Shown here piece after piece: positions 16,258 to 26,286 of a stretch of 64,000 bases of DNA. The number at the start of each line of letters is the position of its first letter. Position 1 is the stretch's first letter. Location of the stretch: positions 111,482 to 175,481 of the forward strand of contig JBGARZ010000018.1 in the NCBI GenBank assembly GCA_044229975.1, written 5' to 3'. The notes below the pieces were generated by a model. The model had not been told where the DNA came from, made no database searches, and saw only the letters and a list, made by a program, of their open reading frames with translations. The stretch is from Polyangiales bacterium (GTDB lineage Bacteria; Myxococcota_A; Polyangia; Polyangiales; Ga0077539). The translations under genes were made by a program, and so were the position numbers.

Positions 16258-18696
16258 ATGACGAGTCGGTGGTGGTCGGTGGGGCTCGCGGGCGCGCTGG
16301 CGCTGGGCTGTAGCAACGGGTCGTCGGTGGTGGGCGGCCCCGACGACGCGGCGACCGTCGACGTCGCGCTCGACCTGGGCGCAACGGACGTCTCGACCAT
16401 GGACCTCGTCGACGTGCAGACCACGGACGTCGTCACCGTGGACGCCGTCGATGCGGCCGACGTGGCCGATATGCCGGCGGTGGATGTTCCGTTTCGCTGC
16501 ACCGACAACGCGTCGTGCATGGGCAACGCGGGCGGCGCCGTCTGCGACACGACGACGGGGCGCTGCGTGCAGTGCGTGGCGAGCGCCGACACCTGCCCCG
16601 CGGGCCAGTACTGCGTCGCCGCGTCGAACGCCTGCACCGCGGGTTGCCGCAACGACGAGGGCTGCGCGTCGGGCGCGGGCGACGCGGGCACCGGGGTCTC
16701 GCGCCACTGCGACGTGACGACCCGCGCGTGCGTGGCCTGCGTCACCGACGACCACTGCCCCGCGGGCAACCTCTGCGTGGGCAACCTCTGCGTCGTCGGC
16801 TGCAACGCCTCGCGCGCCTGCCCGTCGGGTCAGACGTGCTGCTCGGGCGGGTGCGTCGACACGCAGTCCAACACCGCCGCGTGCGGGGTCTGCGACAACC
16901 GCTGCGCGGTCGCCAACGCCGTCCCCGCGTGCCTCAACGGGATGTGCGCCGTCGGAACCTGCACGGCTCCCTTCGCGGACTGCAACGGCTCCGCCGCCGA
17001 CGGCTGCGAGGTCAACACGCAGTCCGACGTCACCCACTGCGGGAGCTGCGCGACGGCCTGCGCCGCGCGCGCCAACAGCACCGCGCGCTGCGCCGCGGCG
17101 ACCTGCGCGTACGAGTGCACCACCGGGTTTGCCGACTGCGACGGCGACGCGACCAACGGCTGCGAGACCGACACCCGCACCACCCTCGCCCACTGCGGTC
17201 GCTGCGGGATGGCGTGCTCGCTCGCCAACGCCGCGGCCGCCTGCGTCGCGAGCACCTGCACCGTCGCGAGCTGCGCCACGGGCTTCGGCGACTGCGACGG
17301 CAACGCCCCCAACGGCTGCGAGACCGACCTGCGCTCCAGCGCCACCCACTGCGGCGCCTGCGGGACCACGTGCGCGACGCGGCCCAACGCCGTCCCCGCG
17401 TGCACGAGCGGCGGGTGCAACAACGTGTGCGTCGCGGGCTACGGCGAGTGCAATGGCGTCACCGACGACGGCTGCGAGACCAACCTCGCGACGAGCGCCG
17501 CGCACTGCGGGGCATGCGGTCGGAGCTGCGTGACGAGCAACGTGGCGACGGCGACCTGCGCGGGCAGCACCTGCACCATCGGGACGTGCGCCGCGGGCTT
17601 CGCGGACTGCGACGCGATGGCCGTCAACGGCTGCGAGGTCGACACGCGCAGCACCGTCGCCCACTGCGGCGGCTGCGGGATGGCGTGCTCGCTCGCCAAC
17701 GCCACGGCGGGGTGCGCGGCGGGTGCGTGCACCATCGCGAGCTGCGCGGCGGGCTTCGCCGACTGCGACGGCGTGGCGGCCAACGGGTGCGAGGTCGACA
17801 CGCGCACCACGGTGACGAGCTGCGGGATGTGCGGGCGGACGTGCTCGCTGGCCAACGCGACGGCCGGGTGCGCGACAGGCACGTGCACCGTGGCGGCGTG
17901 CGCGGCGGGCTACGGCAACTGCGACCTGAACCCGGCCAACGGCTGCGAGGTGGACACGCAGACGAGCGTCACGAACTGCGGGCGGTGCGGGATGGCGTGC
18001 GCTTCGGCGTATAGCTGCCAGGCGGGCGCGTGCGTGATGCCGAGGAGCTGCCTGGACATCAAGACGAGGGTTCCGGCGTCAGCGACGGGGGTGTTCGAGA
18101 TCGACCCCGACGGCCCGGGCGGCCTCGCATCGATGTCGGTGTACTGCGACATGACCAGCAGCGGCGGCGGATGGACCCTGGTGCTCATGGCGGGCAACGA
18201 CACCGCCGGAACGCTCGGCTACAGCAGCGCGCTCTGGACGGGGACGGGCGTGCTCAACGCCGACGTGGTGGACGTCGCGCGCAACGTGTCGATGAAGAAC
18301 CAGGCGTTCAACACGCTCGACTTCACGGCGATGCGGATGTGCGTCAACTCGCTGTCGGCGTGCCTGGAGGAGCCCGTCGTGGCGACCAACGCGCGGACGC
18401 TCTTCTCGGGCGCGGAGCGGCTCGGCGCGCGCACCATCGCGGACTTCGCGACCTGGGGCTACGCGGGCAACCTCGGGTGCAACCGGCGGGGCTTCAATGT
18501 GTTCGATGCGACCGGCGGCGCGACGGCGCGCTGCCGCTACGGGATCCTCCTCAACAACGAGTCGGCCTGCGAGGGCTCGGTGGACGGGGCGCGCGGCATC
18601 GGATGCCGCGGGTACTACGGCACCGAGGTGAGCGCGGGGCGCGGAGACGGCATCGTGGGCACCTCCCACGAGCGCGGGTGGATGTTCGTTCGCTGA
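16258..18696 (+). CDS. Cys-rich repeat lipoprotein with C-terminal fibrinogen-like domain
   Basis: Lipobox ALGC; seven 52-53 aa repeats ending DCDG...NGCE; C-terminal PRSCLDI...VYCDMTSSGGGWTLV. Confidence 0.85.
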   Translation: MTSRWWSVGLAGALALGCSNGSSVVGGPDDAATVDVALDLGATDVSTMDLVDVQTTDVVTVDAVDAADVADMPAVDVPFRCTDNASCMGNAGGAVCDTTTGRCVQCVASADTCPAGQYCVAASNACTAGCRNDEGCASGAGDAGTGVSRHCDVTTRACVACVTDDHCPAGNLCVGNLCVVGCNASRACPSGQTCCSGGCVDTQSNTAACGVCDNRCAVANAVPACLNGMCAVGTCTAPFADCNGSAADGCEVNTQSDVTHCGSCATACAARANSTARCAAATCAYECTTGFADCDGDATNGCETDTRTTLAHCGRCGMACSLANAAAACVASTCTVASCATGFGDCDGNAPNGCETDLRSSATHCGACGTTCATRPNAVPACTSGGCNNVCVAGYGECNGVTDDGCETNLATSAAHCGACGRSCVTSNVATATCAGSTCTIGTCAAGFADCDAMAVNGCEVDTRSTVAHCGGCGMACSLANATAGCAAGACTIASCAAGFADCDGVAANGCEVDTRTTVTSCGMCGRTCSLANATAGCATGTCTVAACAAGYGNCDLNPANGCEVDTQTSVTNCGRCGMACASAYSCQAGACVMPRSCLDIKTRVPASATGVFEIDPDGPGGLASMSVYCDMTSSGGGWTLVLMAGNDTAGTLGYSSALWTGTGVLNADVVDVARNVSMKNQAFNTLDFTAMRMCVNSLSACLEEPVVATNARTLFSGAERLGARTIADFATWGYAGNLGCNRRGFNVFDATGGATARCRYGILLNNESACEGSVDGARGIGCRGYYGTEVSAGRGDGIVGTSHERGWMFVR

Positions 18697-18699
18697 GCG

Positions 18700-19602
18700 C
18701 TACCAGCCGAAGTCGCGGGCGATGATGCCGGTCGTGCCGTCGCAGGTCGCGCGCACGGTGCAGTACTGCTCGCGCATGTACGAGCCGTCGTTGCAGCGCA
18801 GCGTGCCGCAGTGGAAGACGCCGCTGCCGCAGCCGCCCGATGGCGTGGTGGTGCAGGTTGTCCCCGAGCAGTAGCCGGTGCCCTCGCAGTAGCCGCCGCC
18901 GCGGGTGATGCACTCGGGGCCACCGACGGTTCCTGCGGGGATGTCCCAGCGCACGTAGGACGGATCACACGCGCCCGTGACGACACCCACGTCGCGACCC
19001 GCGTCCACGCCTGCATCGACCCCGGCATCGACGCCAACGTCCACGCCAACGTCGACCCCGGCGTCACGACCCGCGTCCACGCCCGCATCGACGCGCCCAC
19101 AGGCGTCGGCCGGGCCCATGCGCGCAGGATCGTTGTCGTCGCAATCGGGGCCGCGACAGCCGACGCCCTGACCGTACTCGTCGCCGTCCGCGTCGATGCA
19201 ACACGTGCCGCCAATGGGGGCGCAGACCGCCACGTCGGCGAGCGCAACGTCGCGCACGCAGCGCAGCCGACCCGGGCACAGCGGGACGTCGGGGTTGCAC
19301 CGCGGGAGACACGCGCGCGACCCGCTGGCCACCTGCACGCAGACCCGGTCGGGGCCGCAGTCGTCGGCGCCCGCGCACGCCCCGCAGACGGCGGTGAACG
19401 CTCCGCTGTCGACGGTCACCGCGGCCTCGGAGGAGGAGGCGTCGCGCACATCGACGGTCGGCGCGTCGACGGCGAGGCGCACGTCGGTGGGCACATCCAC
19501 GGCGGTCTGCGAGGCGTCCTTCTCGGGGACGAAGACCGTCGCGTCGTCGGTGCACGAGGCGATCAACAGGGCGGAGGAGAGGAACCAACGGCGCGAGTTC
19601 AT
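18700..19602 (-). CDS. Cys-rich lipoprotein with a DxDGD...DCDD putative metal-binding motif and DAGV repeats
   Basis: Signal MNSRRWFLSSALLIASC; CIDADGDEYG...DCDDNDP; tandem VDAG units. ATG 19602. Confidence 0.7.
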   Translation of the reverse strand: MNSRRWFLSSALLIASCTDDATVFVPEKDASQTAVDVPTDVRLAVDAPTVDVRDASSSEAAVTVDSGAFTAVCGACAGADDCGPDRVCVQVASGSRACLPRCNPDVPLCPGRLRCVRDVALADVAVCAPIGGTCCIDADGDEYGQGVGCRGPDCDDNDPARMGPADACGRVDAGVDAGRDAGVDVGVDVGVDAGVDAGVDAGRDVGVVTGACDPSYVRWDIPAGTVGGPECITRGGGYCEGTGYCSGTTCTTTPSGGCGSGVFHCGTLRCNDGSYMREQYCTVRATCDGTTGIIARDFGW

Positions 19603-19679
19603 GGCCGCGGAGGGTGCGCGAGGCGCGCGTGGTGTCAATGGATGCGTCGCGCGAGGCGACGATGCGGAGGGAGCCGAGA

Positions 19680-20927
19680 CTACGCGGTCGCGAGCTCGCG
19701 GAGCATGTCGATGTTGGCTACCGACGGGCCCGAGAGGTCGTACTGGTCCATCGAGCTCAGGCCGACGCCCGAGGCGAGCGCGCGGCTCATCTGACGGTTG
19801 GCGCGGGCCGTCCCGGTCATGATGGCCTCGTACGAGGGCGACAGCGTCTTGAGCAGCGCGACGCCGGTGAGGTCGGCCGCCACACGGTCGCGCGAGATGA
19901 TGACCACGCGGGGGTCGCTCACCTGCGCGACCCAGCCGGCGGGCGCGCGCGGCGGGGCGTTGCTCGGGAGCGGACCGCCCGAGACCAGCGACTGCCAGCC
20001 GTCGAGGACGACGAGCGACACGTTGGGGCCCGCCTTGTTCATGAACGCCACCTGCCGATAGAGCTTGTCGGAGGCGGTGGAGTGGTTGCCGAGGTTGCCC
20101 GCGAGCGAGCGGTCTTGCGGGTTGATGATGCCGATCTGGTTCTTCATCGACATGGTGTAGGTCGCGATGAAGTGGGTCTTCACACAGGGCATCGCCACGA
20201 TGTGGTCGGCCGTCGCGACCATCGCGGGGATGCGCATGGTGCCGGTCCAGTAGGCGCTGCGGGCGCCGAGGCCCTCGATCTCGCCCGGGAGGTCCATCCA
20301 GTCGACGCTGCTCGCGGCGCTGTCGGTCGCGGGGTCGCCGAAGACGGTGAGCTCGACGCCGAGCTCTTCGCACACGGCGGCGAGGCCGTTGTCGCGGAAG
20401 TTGCGGGCGGTGTTGCGGTCACCGAAGAACGATCGGTCGCCGACAAACGCCTCGCCGCCGCGCTCGCGGATCTTGCCGACCACCCAACGAATCATGTCGG
20501 GCGACGTCGAGTACGGGAACTCATCGCCCGAGTTGGTGTTGACCTTGAGGTACACGCGCTGGCCGCTCTGCACGAAGTCGAAGCCCGCGGTCTCCTGGAG
20601 CGCGAGCTCGGCCGCCATGATGTGGTCGTCGTGCTGCCCGGCGCCCACGAGGTGGTGCACTCGCGCGGGCGGAACATCCACCGCCTTGGGCACATCGACG
20701 GCGGGCGTTCCGGCGTCGGGGGTGGTGCCAGCGTCGAGCGGGTTGTTGGTGCCCGGCGTGGCGGGGTCGGAGCAGCCCGTCGCGACCGCGGCGGCGGCGA
20801 GCGAGCCCAGCAGGAGCTGACGACGCGAGAGGTCCTTCTCGACGTACTCCTGGAGGAGGTCGCGGGACTCGATGGTGCGGCCGCCGGTCTTGCGCGACGT
20901 CACGTGGGGCTTGTTGGATGCGGACAT
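19680..20927 (-). CDS. DUF362-domain protein with twin-arginine lipoprotein-like signal
   Basis: SRRQLL...ATGC; VYLKVN; VKTH...SMKNQIG; DRVAAD. ATG 20927. Confidence 0.8.
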   Translation of the reverse strand: MSASNKPHVTSRKTGGRTIESRDLLQEYVEKDLSRRQLLLGSLAAAAVATGCSDPATPGTNNPLDAGTTPDAGTPAVDVPKAVDVPPARVHHLVGAGQHDDHIMAAELALQETAGFDFVQSGQRVYLKVNTNSGDEFPYSTSPDMIRWVVGKIRERGGEAFVGDRSFFGDRNTARNFRDNGLAAVCEELGVELTVFGDPATDSAASSVDWMDLPGEIEGLGARSAYWTGTMRIPAMVATADHIVAMPCVKTHFIATYTMSMKNQIGIINPQDRSLAGNLGNHSTASDKLYRQVAFMNKAGPNVSLVVLDGWQSLVSGGPLPSNAPPRAPAGWVAQVSDPRVVIISRDRVAADLTGVALLKTLSPSYEAIMTGTARANRQMSRALASGVGLSSMDQYDLSGPSVANIDMLRELATA

Positions 20928-21072
20928 GATGGGGACTCCTCCAGAGGGGTATTCGAGAGGGCGCATCGAAGCACAATCACCGCGGCGCGGAAAGTGACCG
21001 ACGGGCCACGAAGAGCAGACGGTCATCGGTTCTTGCCTCGGCGGGCGGGCGTCGGCACCCTCGCGCCCCATC

Positions 21073-22077
21073 GTGACGACCTCCACCATTCGCGCCTACG
21101 CGCAGCGGTCACCCCGCGCCGCCCTCGAAGCCATCGACCTTCCCGCCTATGCCGCTCCTACGGGGCGCGACGTGGACATCGAGGTGCACCACTGCTCGGT
21201 CTGCCACAGCGACGTTCACCTGCTCGACGGCGACTGGGGTGAGGTCGCGCGTCCGCTCATCCCTGGACACGAGGTCGTCGGTCGCGTGGTGTCGGCCGGA
21301 CCCGACGCGACGCTCGCCGTGGGCGCCCTCGTGGGCGTTGGTTGGCAGTGCGGCGCGTGCGGCGCGTGCCCGGCGTGCATGTCGGGGCGAGAGCACCTGT
21401 GCACGGGCGGCAAGAAGCGCACGTGCGTTGGTCGGCAGGGTGGGTTCGCGACGAGGGTGAGGGTCGATGCGGACTTCGCCTTCGAGTTGCCCAAGGCGCT
21501 CGACCCGGCGACGGCGGCGCCGCTGCTGTGCGCGGGGCTGACGGTGTTTTCGCCCTTGGAGCGACTCGGGACGAAGGCGGGGATGCGCGTCGGGGTCGTC
21601 GGGGTCGGAGGATTGGGGCACATGGCGGTGCGCTTCGCGTCGGCGCTCGGCGCGGAGGTGATCGCGTTTGATCCAGACGCGAGCAAGCGAGCGTTGGCGA
21701 CGTCATTGGGAGCGCGCGAGCTCGTCGATGCGCGAGGAGCGCTGCCGAGCAACGCGGTGGACGTGCTGCTGGTGACCACGCACGCGACGCTCGACTGGGA
21801 CGCGTGGATGAAGGTGGTCGACCTCGAAGGGACGCTCTGCCTGGTGGGGGTTCCGAGTGAGCCGCTGCGGCTGGGGGTGGACCCGCTGCTCGACGAGCAG
21901 AAGAAGATCACCGGGAGCGTCATCGGCAGCCGCGCGACGATGCGGAAGATGCTGGCCTTCGCGGCGGAGCACGGCATCGCGCCGATCACCGAGCGGATGC
22001 CGCTGGAGCGCGCCAACGAGGCCGTGGCGAGCGTGCGCGAAGGCCGCGCGCGGATGCGGATCGTGCTCGACGTCTAG
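21073..22077 (+). CDS. Zn-dependent NAD(P) alcohol dehydrogenase (cinnamyl-ADH/Ahr-like)
   Basis: CHSD, GHEVVG, CGACPAC...C, APLLCAG, GVGGLGH. Confidence 0.93.
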   Translation: MTTSTIRAYAQRSPRAALEAIDLPAYAAPTGRDVDIEVHHCSVCHSDVHLLDGDWGEVARPLIPGHEVVGRVVSAGPDATLAVGALVGVGWQCGACGACPACMSGREHLCTGGKKRTCVGRQGGFATRVRVDADFAFELPKALDPATAAPLLCAGLTVFSPLERLGTKAGMRVGVVGVGGLGHMAVRFASALGAEVIAFDPDASKRALATSLGARELVDARGALPSNAVDVLLVTTHATLDWDAWMKVVDLEGTLCLVGVPSEPLRLGVDPLLDEQKKITGSVIGSRATMRKMLAFAAEHGIAPITERMPLERANEAVASVREGRARMRIVLDV

Positions 22078-22113
22078 CGACGGACGGAAGCGCGGGGCTA
22101 CGATGCGGACGCG

Positions 22114-23271
22114 ATGGCGCGCGACCAAGAGCCAGTGCGAGGGGATCGTGGGTGGTCCCTATCGACGGTCGTCGTCGCACTCGGGCTGGTCTTCATCGCT
22201 GGCTTCTCCATCGCGGAGTCGGCAGCGCATGATCCGGTCGTCGTCCCCGTCGATGCCGCGCTTACGCTGGTCGCCCTTGTCGTCGGCGCGGTGACCTGGC
22301 GTGGCTCGGCGCGCCGTGCAGTGGTGCGCGTCCTCGGCTTCGCAGCGGCGCCGCCGGTGGTCTTCGCCTGCACGTGGATCTGGTTCGCGGGTGGGGTGAC
22401 GGTTGTCGGCGAGACCTACGGGGACACCGTCATGTCGGTGTTCCTCTATGTGTGCGGGTTCATCGGGTTGATCGTGATGCTGACGGCGGGCAACCTCATC
22501 GCCGACACGGCCACGCGTGGGTCGGCTCGCACCGTCGCACGGCGAGTGCGACGCGTGGCGCAAACGTCTCTCGCGCTGCTGGTGATCGTCACCCTCCTGG
22601 GAACCCACGCGGCGCTACGGCGACCGGCCTACGAGCGATGGTTGACCTCGCTGCCACTGCGCGCTGACTTCGGGCCTCCTGCGACGTGGCCCACCGAAGC
22701 GTGGTCGACCATCGCCTCGCCTGGCAGTCGTGGGGCGACGCACTATCGCGAACTTCGCGTCGATGGGCAGCACCTGCGGGTGTACCGACACGGCAATCAG
22801 ATCAATGTCTGCTGGCCGGGCGTGTCCGGCCGGGAAGGGACGGACGAAGGAGCGAGCAACTATCACCGCTGCACGCGACCCGACTTCGTGCTCGAACAGG
22901 CCGTCCGGGTGCGTCGTGACGACGCTCGTGGTCTGTGGGTCGTCGACCTCGGCAATCGCTACTCCAGTGGGGCCTTCACGGATCGCGGCGCTCGGGTCGG
23001 GCCGACGTACGCACGCATCCTCTGGTCCGCCGCGCCGCCAGCCTCGTGGGTGGTTAGCGCGTGGGTCGCGCTCTTGCTCGCGGTCGCGCTGCTGCGATGG
23101 CCTCGCCGAAGCGGTGGACCCTCGGCATCAGCGACGACGCCGTACCGCCCGCTACCGATCGCGACCGAAGTGGCGGACCCGGCCATGCTCCGCGGTGCGT
23201 TCGCGGTCACGATCTGCGCGGTACATGCGGCACCGCTCGCGGCGTACTTCCTGAGGGCTGCCCTGGGGTAG
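22114..23271 (+). CDS. Hypothetical multi-pass membrane protein
   Basis: About five N-terminal and two C-terminal hydrophobic helices flank a soluble domain; no recognised motif. Confidence 0.6.
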   Translation: MARDQEPVRGDRGWSLSTVVVALGLVFIAGFSIAESAAHDPVVVPVDAALTLVALVVGAVTWRGSARRAVVRVLGFAAAPPVVFACTWIWFAGGVTVVGETYGDTVMSVFLYVCGFIGLIVMLTAGNLIADTATRGSARTVARRVRRVAQTSLALLVIVTLLGTHAALRRPAYERWLTSLPLRADFGPPATWPTEAWSTIASPGSRGATHYRELRVDGQHLRVYRHGNQINVCWPGVSGREGTDEGASNYHRCTRPDFVLEQAVRVRRDDARGLWVVDLGNRYSSGAFTDRGARVGPTYARILWSAAPPASWVVSAWVALLLAVALLRWPRRSGGPSASATTPYRPLPIATEVADPAMLRGAFAVTICAVHAAPLAAYFLRAALG

Positions 23272-23289
23272 CGCACGCCGGACGGAAAT

Positions 23290-23445
23290 GGCCGCAAGGA
23301 CGCAAGGGTCGCAAGGCGGATGAGTTGTCACGGCGAGCAGCACCCAGATCGGGCGAGCGGCTGAGGAGAGCGATTTCACACGACGCGAGCGCTCGACTTC
23401 CTGCCCATCCCCTCTCTCCCTTGCGACCCTCGCGCCCTTGCGGCC
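23290..23445. repeat. Inverted-repeat doublet, family B copy 1 (CGCAAGG-based arms)
   Basis: Left arm GGCCGCAAGGACGCAAGGGTCGCAAGG; right arm CCTTGCGACCCTCGCGCCCTTGCGGCC (25/27 complementary); 102-nt spacer. Confidence 0.8.
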
Positions 23446-23468
23446 CATCATCCGCTACCGCAGCACCA

Positions 23469-23849
23469 TCACAGCCGAAGCAGCATCACGGCCCGCGCGA
23501 ACAGCAACCACCCCACCAGAAACCCGATGCCCCCGAGCGGCGTCACCATGCCGAGCTTCGTCACGCCCGTCAGCGCCATCACGTAGAGGCTCCCGCTGAA
23601 CAACACGATGCCCACCAGCATCGCCCAACCCGCCCCGTCGGCCGTCGCCTCGCGCTGTGACGCCAGCCACGCCACCGCCAGCAACCCCAGCGCGTGGAAC
23701 ATCTGGTACCGCGCCCCAGTCTCGAAGACCTCCAGCATCCGCGGCGTCACCCTCGCCCGCAGCCCGTGCGCCCCGAACGCGCCCGCCGCCACCGCCAGGA
23801 AGGCGTTGATCGCCCCCGCCATCGCCCACATCCGCGCGCTCTCGTTCAT
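23469..23849 (-). CDS. DUF423 (YgdD/TMEM256) membrane protein
   Basis: GAFGAHGL, YQMFHAL, FSGSLY, TPLGG. Confidence 0.92.
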   Translation of the reverse strand: MNESARMWAMAGAINAFLAVAAGAFGAHGLRARVTPRMLEVFETGARYQMFHALGLLAVAWLASQREATADGAGWAMLVGIVLFSGSLYVMALTGVTKLGMVTPLGGIGFLVGWLLFARAVMLLRL

Positions 23850-23861
23850 CGTGGAATCACC

Positions 23862-25118
23862 TCACTGGGGGCGTTGGTCGACGTGCTCCAACTGCGCCAA
23901 CAACTGCACCGCCACGCGATCACCCGGATACCCCCGCAACAGCACCTCCAGGTGATGCCGCGCCTCGTCCGTCGCCCCCGCGTCCTTGGTCAACACGGCA
24001 AGATTCAGCCGCGCCGCGTAGTTGCGCGGGTCGCTCCGTAGCGTTCGCAGGTACGCCTCGCGCGCCTCGTTGTAGCGCCCCTCGCGCTGCGCCACGACGC
24101 CCACGTTGTACGTCGCCCGCGCGTCGTCGGGACGCAGCGTCGCCGCCGCCCGCGCCGCAGTGCGCGCCGCCGCCACGTCGCCCGCCCGCAACGCCACGCT
24201 CGTCTCCAACAAGCGCCCGTCCAGGGTCGGGGCTCGACGAAGCGAGCGTCGCAGCGCGTCCATCGCCCCCGCAGCGTCGCCCTTCGCGTCCAGGGCCAAG
24301 GCCAACGCCAGCGTCGCCTGGGCGTCGTCGGGCGACAGCTCCACCGCGCGCCGCGCCGCGGCTTCAGCCTCCGCCGGAATCGGCTGCAAGCGCGTCAGCG
24401 CCGACGCCCGCAGCACCGCCGAGCGCGCGTCGTCGTCGTCGATCGCCAACGCCCGCTGCGCGTCCTGCGACGCACCGCCGAAATCCCGCGCGTCCATCCT
24501 TCGCTGCGCGCGCTCGGTCCAGCACGGGCGCGACCGCGGGCTCAGCCGCACGCAGCGATCGAGCGTCGCCGTCGCCTGCGCCACACCGCCCGCACCGCGC
24601 CCCACGATGCGCGACAGCACCACCTGCGCCTCGGCGTGATCGGGACGGCTCGCCACCACCGAACGCCACATCGCTTCGGGGGTTCGCAGCCGTGCGAAGG
24701 AGAGCGCTCCCGTCACCGCCGCGAGCATGGCGAGGCCGAGGGTGGCGGCGTTCTTCCACGACGCGGGCGCGAGACGGCGCGCGGCCAGCAGCAGCGTCGC
24801 CCAGAGCAGCGGCCCGACCCACCGGACGCCGTACCCGAGCGGCAGCTCACCCGTCGGGAGACGCCACGCCGTGACGGCGGCCGCGAGCAGCGTGAGCGTC
24901 GCCAGGACGGCGAGCGGTGAGCGCAGGCGCGAGCGCTCCAGCGCGCGGAACGCGAGCACCACGAGCAGCGTGAGGCCCAGCCACCCGACGAGGAGCTGGG
25001 CCATCGCCGCGTCGCCGACGGGGCGCGGAACGTCGAGCGGAGCCGCCCACGGGGCGAGCGACTCCAGCAGCAACACCAGCGTGCGCCAGGCGAGAAACCA
25101 GCTCTGCGAGGGGTTCAT
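23862..25118 (-). CDS. Membrane-anchored tetratricopeptide repeat protein
   Basis: N-terminal TM helices followed by TPR motifs (PDDARATYNVGVV, PRNYAARLNLAVL). Confidence 0.8.
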   Translation of the reverse strand: MNPSQSWFLAWRTLVLLLESLAPWAAPLDVPRPVGDAAMAQLLVGWLGLTLLVVLAFRALERSRLRSPLAVLATLTLLAAAVTAWRLPTGELPLGYGVRWVGPLLWATLLLAARRLAPASWKNAATLGLAMLAAVTGALSFARLRTPEAMWRSVVASRPDHAEAQVVLSRIVGRGAGGVAQATATLDRCVRLSPRSRPCWTERAQRRMDARDFGGASQDAQRALAIDDDDARSAVLRASALTRLQPIPAEAEAAARRAVELSPDDAQATLALALALDAKGDAAGAMDALRRSLRRAPTLDGRLLETSVALRAGDVAAARTAARAAATLRPDDARATYNVGVVAQREGRYNEAREAYLRTLRSDPRNYAARLNLAVLTKDAGATDEARHHLEVLLRGYPGDRVAVQLLAQLEHVDQRPQ

Positions 25119-25166
25119 GGGAGGGGAGGAGCGGGCCCGATGGTGGGGCCCCGCGAGGCGGTTGTA

Positions 25167-26093
25167 TCAGCCCGCGTTCTTGAACACGGCCATCACGTCG
25201 GCGAGGAGCTTGAGCGCCTCGGGCCGCGGCCGCTGGAAGGCGTTGCGGCCCATGATGGATCCGAACCCGCCGCCCGCGGCGATCTCCTTCACCTCGGCCA
25301 GCACGGCGTCGGTGCCCTTCGCCTCGCCGCCGGAGAAGATCACGATGCGCTTGCCGTTGAAGGCCGACTGCACGACGTGGCGGATGCGCTCGGTGAGCGT
25401 CGCCGTCGGGATCGCGTACTTCTCGTAGACCTTCTTGGCCTCGGCCTGCTCCAGGAAGTCCTTCGGCGGCTTCACCTTGATGATGTGCGCGCCGAGCTGC
25501 GCCGAGATCTGCGCGGCGTAGGCCACCACGTCGATGGCGGTCTCGCCGTCCTTGGAGACGCCCTCGCCGCGCGGGTACGCCCAGAGCACCGTCGCGAGGC
25601 CCTTGGCCTTGGCCTCGGCCGTGATCGATCGGAAGTCGTAATACTGGTCGTTACGCGCCGACGAGCCGGGGTAGATCGTGTACCCGACGGCCGAGCAGCC
25701 GAGGCGGATGGCGTCGTCGACGCAGCCGGTGACGGCCGACTCCGGGGCGTGGCCCTTGGAGAGCGAGTCGCTGTTGTTGAGCTTGAGGATGAGCGGAAGC
25801 TCGCCCGCGTACTTGTCGGCGACGGCCTCGATGAAGCCGAGCGGGGCCGCGTAGGCGTTGCACCCGGCGTCGACGGCGAGCTGCGCGTGGTACTCGGGGT
25901 CGTAGCCGCCGGGGTTGGGGGCGAAGGACCGCGCCGGCCCGTGCTCGAAGCCCTGGTCGACGGGGAGGATGACGAGCCGCCCGGTGCCCGCGAGGGTGCC
26001 GTGGTTGAGCAGCCGCGCGAGGTTGGCGCGGGTGCCGGGGTTGTCACTGCCGTACCAGGAAAGGATCTGTCGAACGCGATCGGTGAGTGCCAT
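25167..26093 (-). CDS. fbaB: Class I fructose-bisphosphate aldolase (DhnA/FbaB type)
   Basis: LPVDQGFEHGP, WAYPRG, AHIIKVKPP (Schiff-base Lys), GRNAFQR. ATG 26093. Confidence 0.92.
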   Translation of the reverse strand: MALTDRVRQILSWYGSDNPGTRANLARLLNHGTLAGTGRLVILPVDQGFEHGPARSFAPNPGGYDPEYHAQLAVDAGCNAYAAPLGFIEAVADKYAGELPLILKLNNSDSLSKGHAPESAVTGCVDDAIRLGCSAVGYTIYPGSSARNDQYYDFRSITAEAKAKGLATVLWAYPRGEGVSKDGETAIDVVAYAAQISAQLGAHIIKVKPPKDFLEQAEAKKVYEKYAIPTATLTERIRHVVQSAFNGKRIVIFSGGEAKGTDAVLAEVKEIAAGGGFGSIMGRNAFQRPRPEALKLLADVMAVFKNAG

Positions 26094-26286
26094 GGTGGGC
26101 CTTCGTCTCCTGAGCGAAACCGGTGGGTGGGTGATGTGGGCGGGACCGTACCCGAAGCGCCCGCGGGTGATCAATCCTGACGCACCGCCCCTACGGCCCG
26201 AACACCGCGGTTGCGGTGGCCCGCGGGTTGGAGCAAGAGTGGAGGAGACACACGGCGCCATGCGCCGGAGAGGAGTCGAGGCGTCG

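Noticed and set aside
16950..18000. Regularly spaced repeats resembling a CRISPR array (also 52400-54950 and 60250-60900)
   Set aside because: The repeats are degenerate at third codon positions, have periods that are multiples of three and lie within protein repeats; no cas genes are present.
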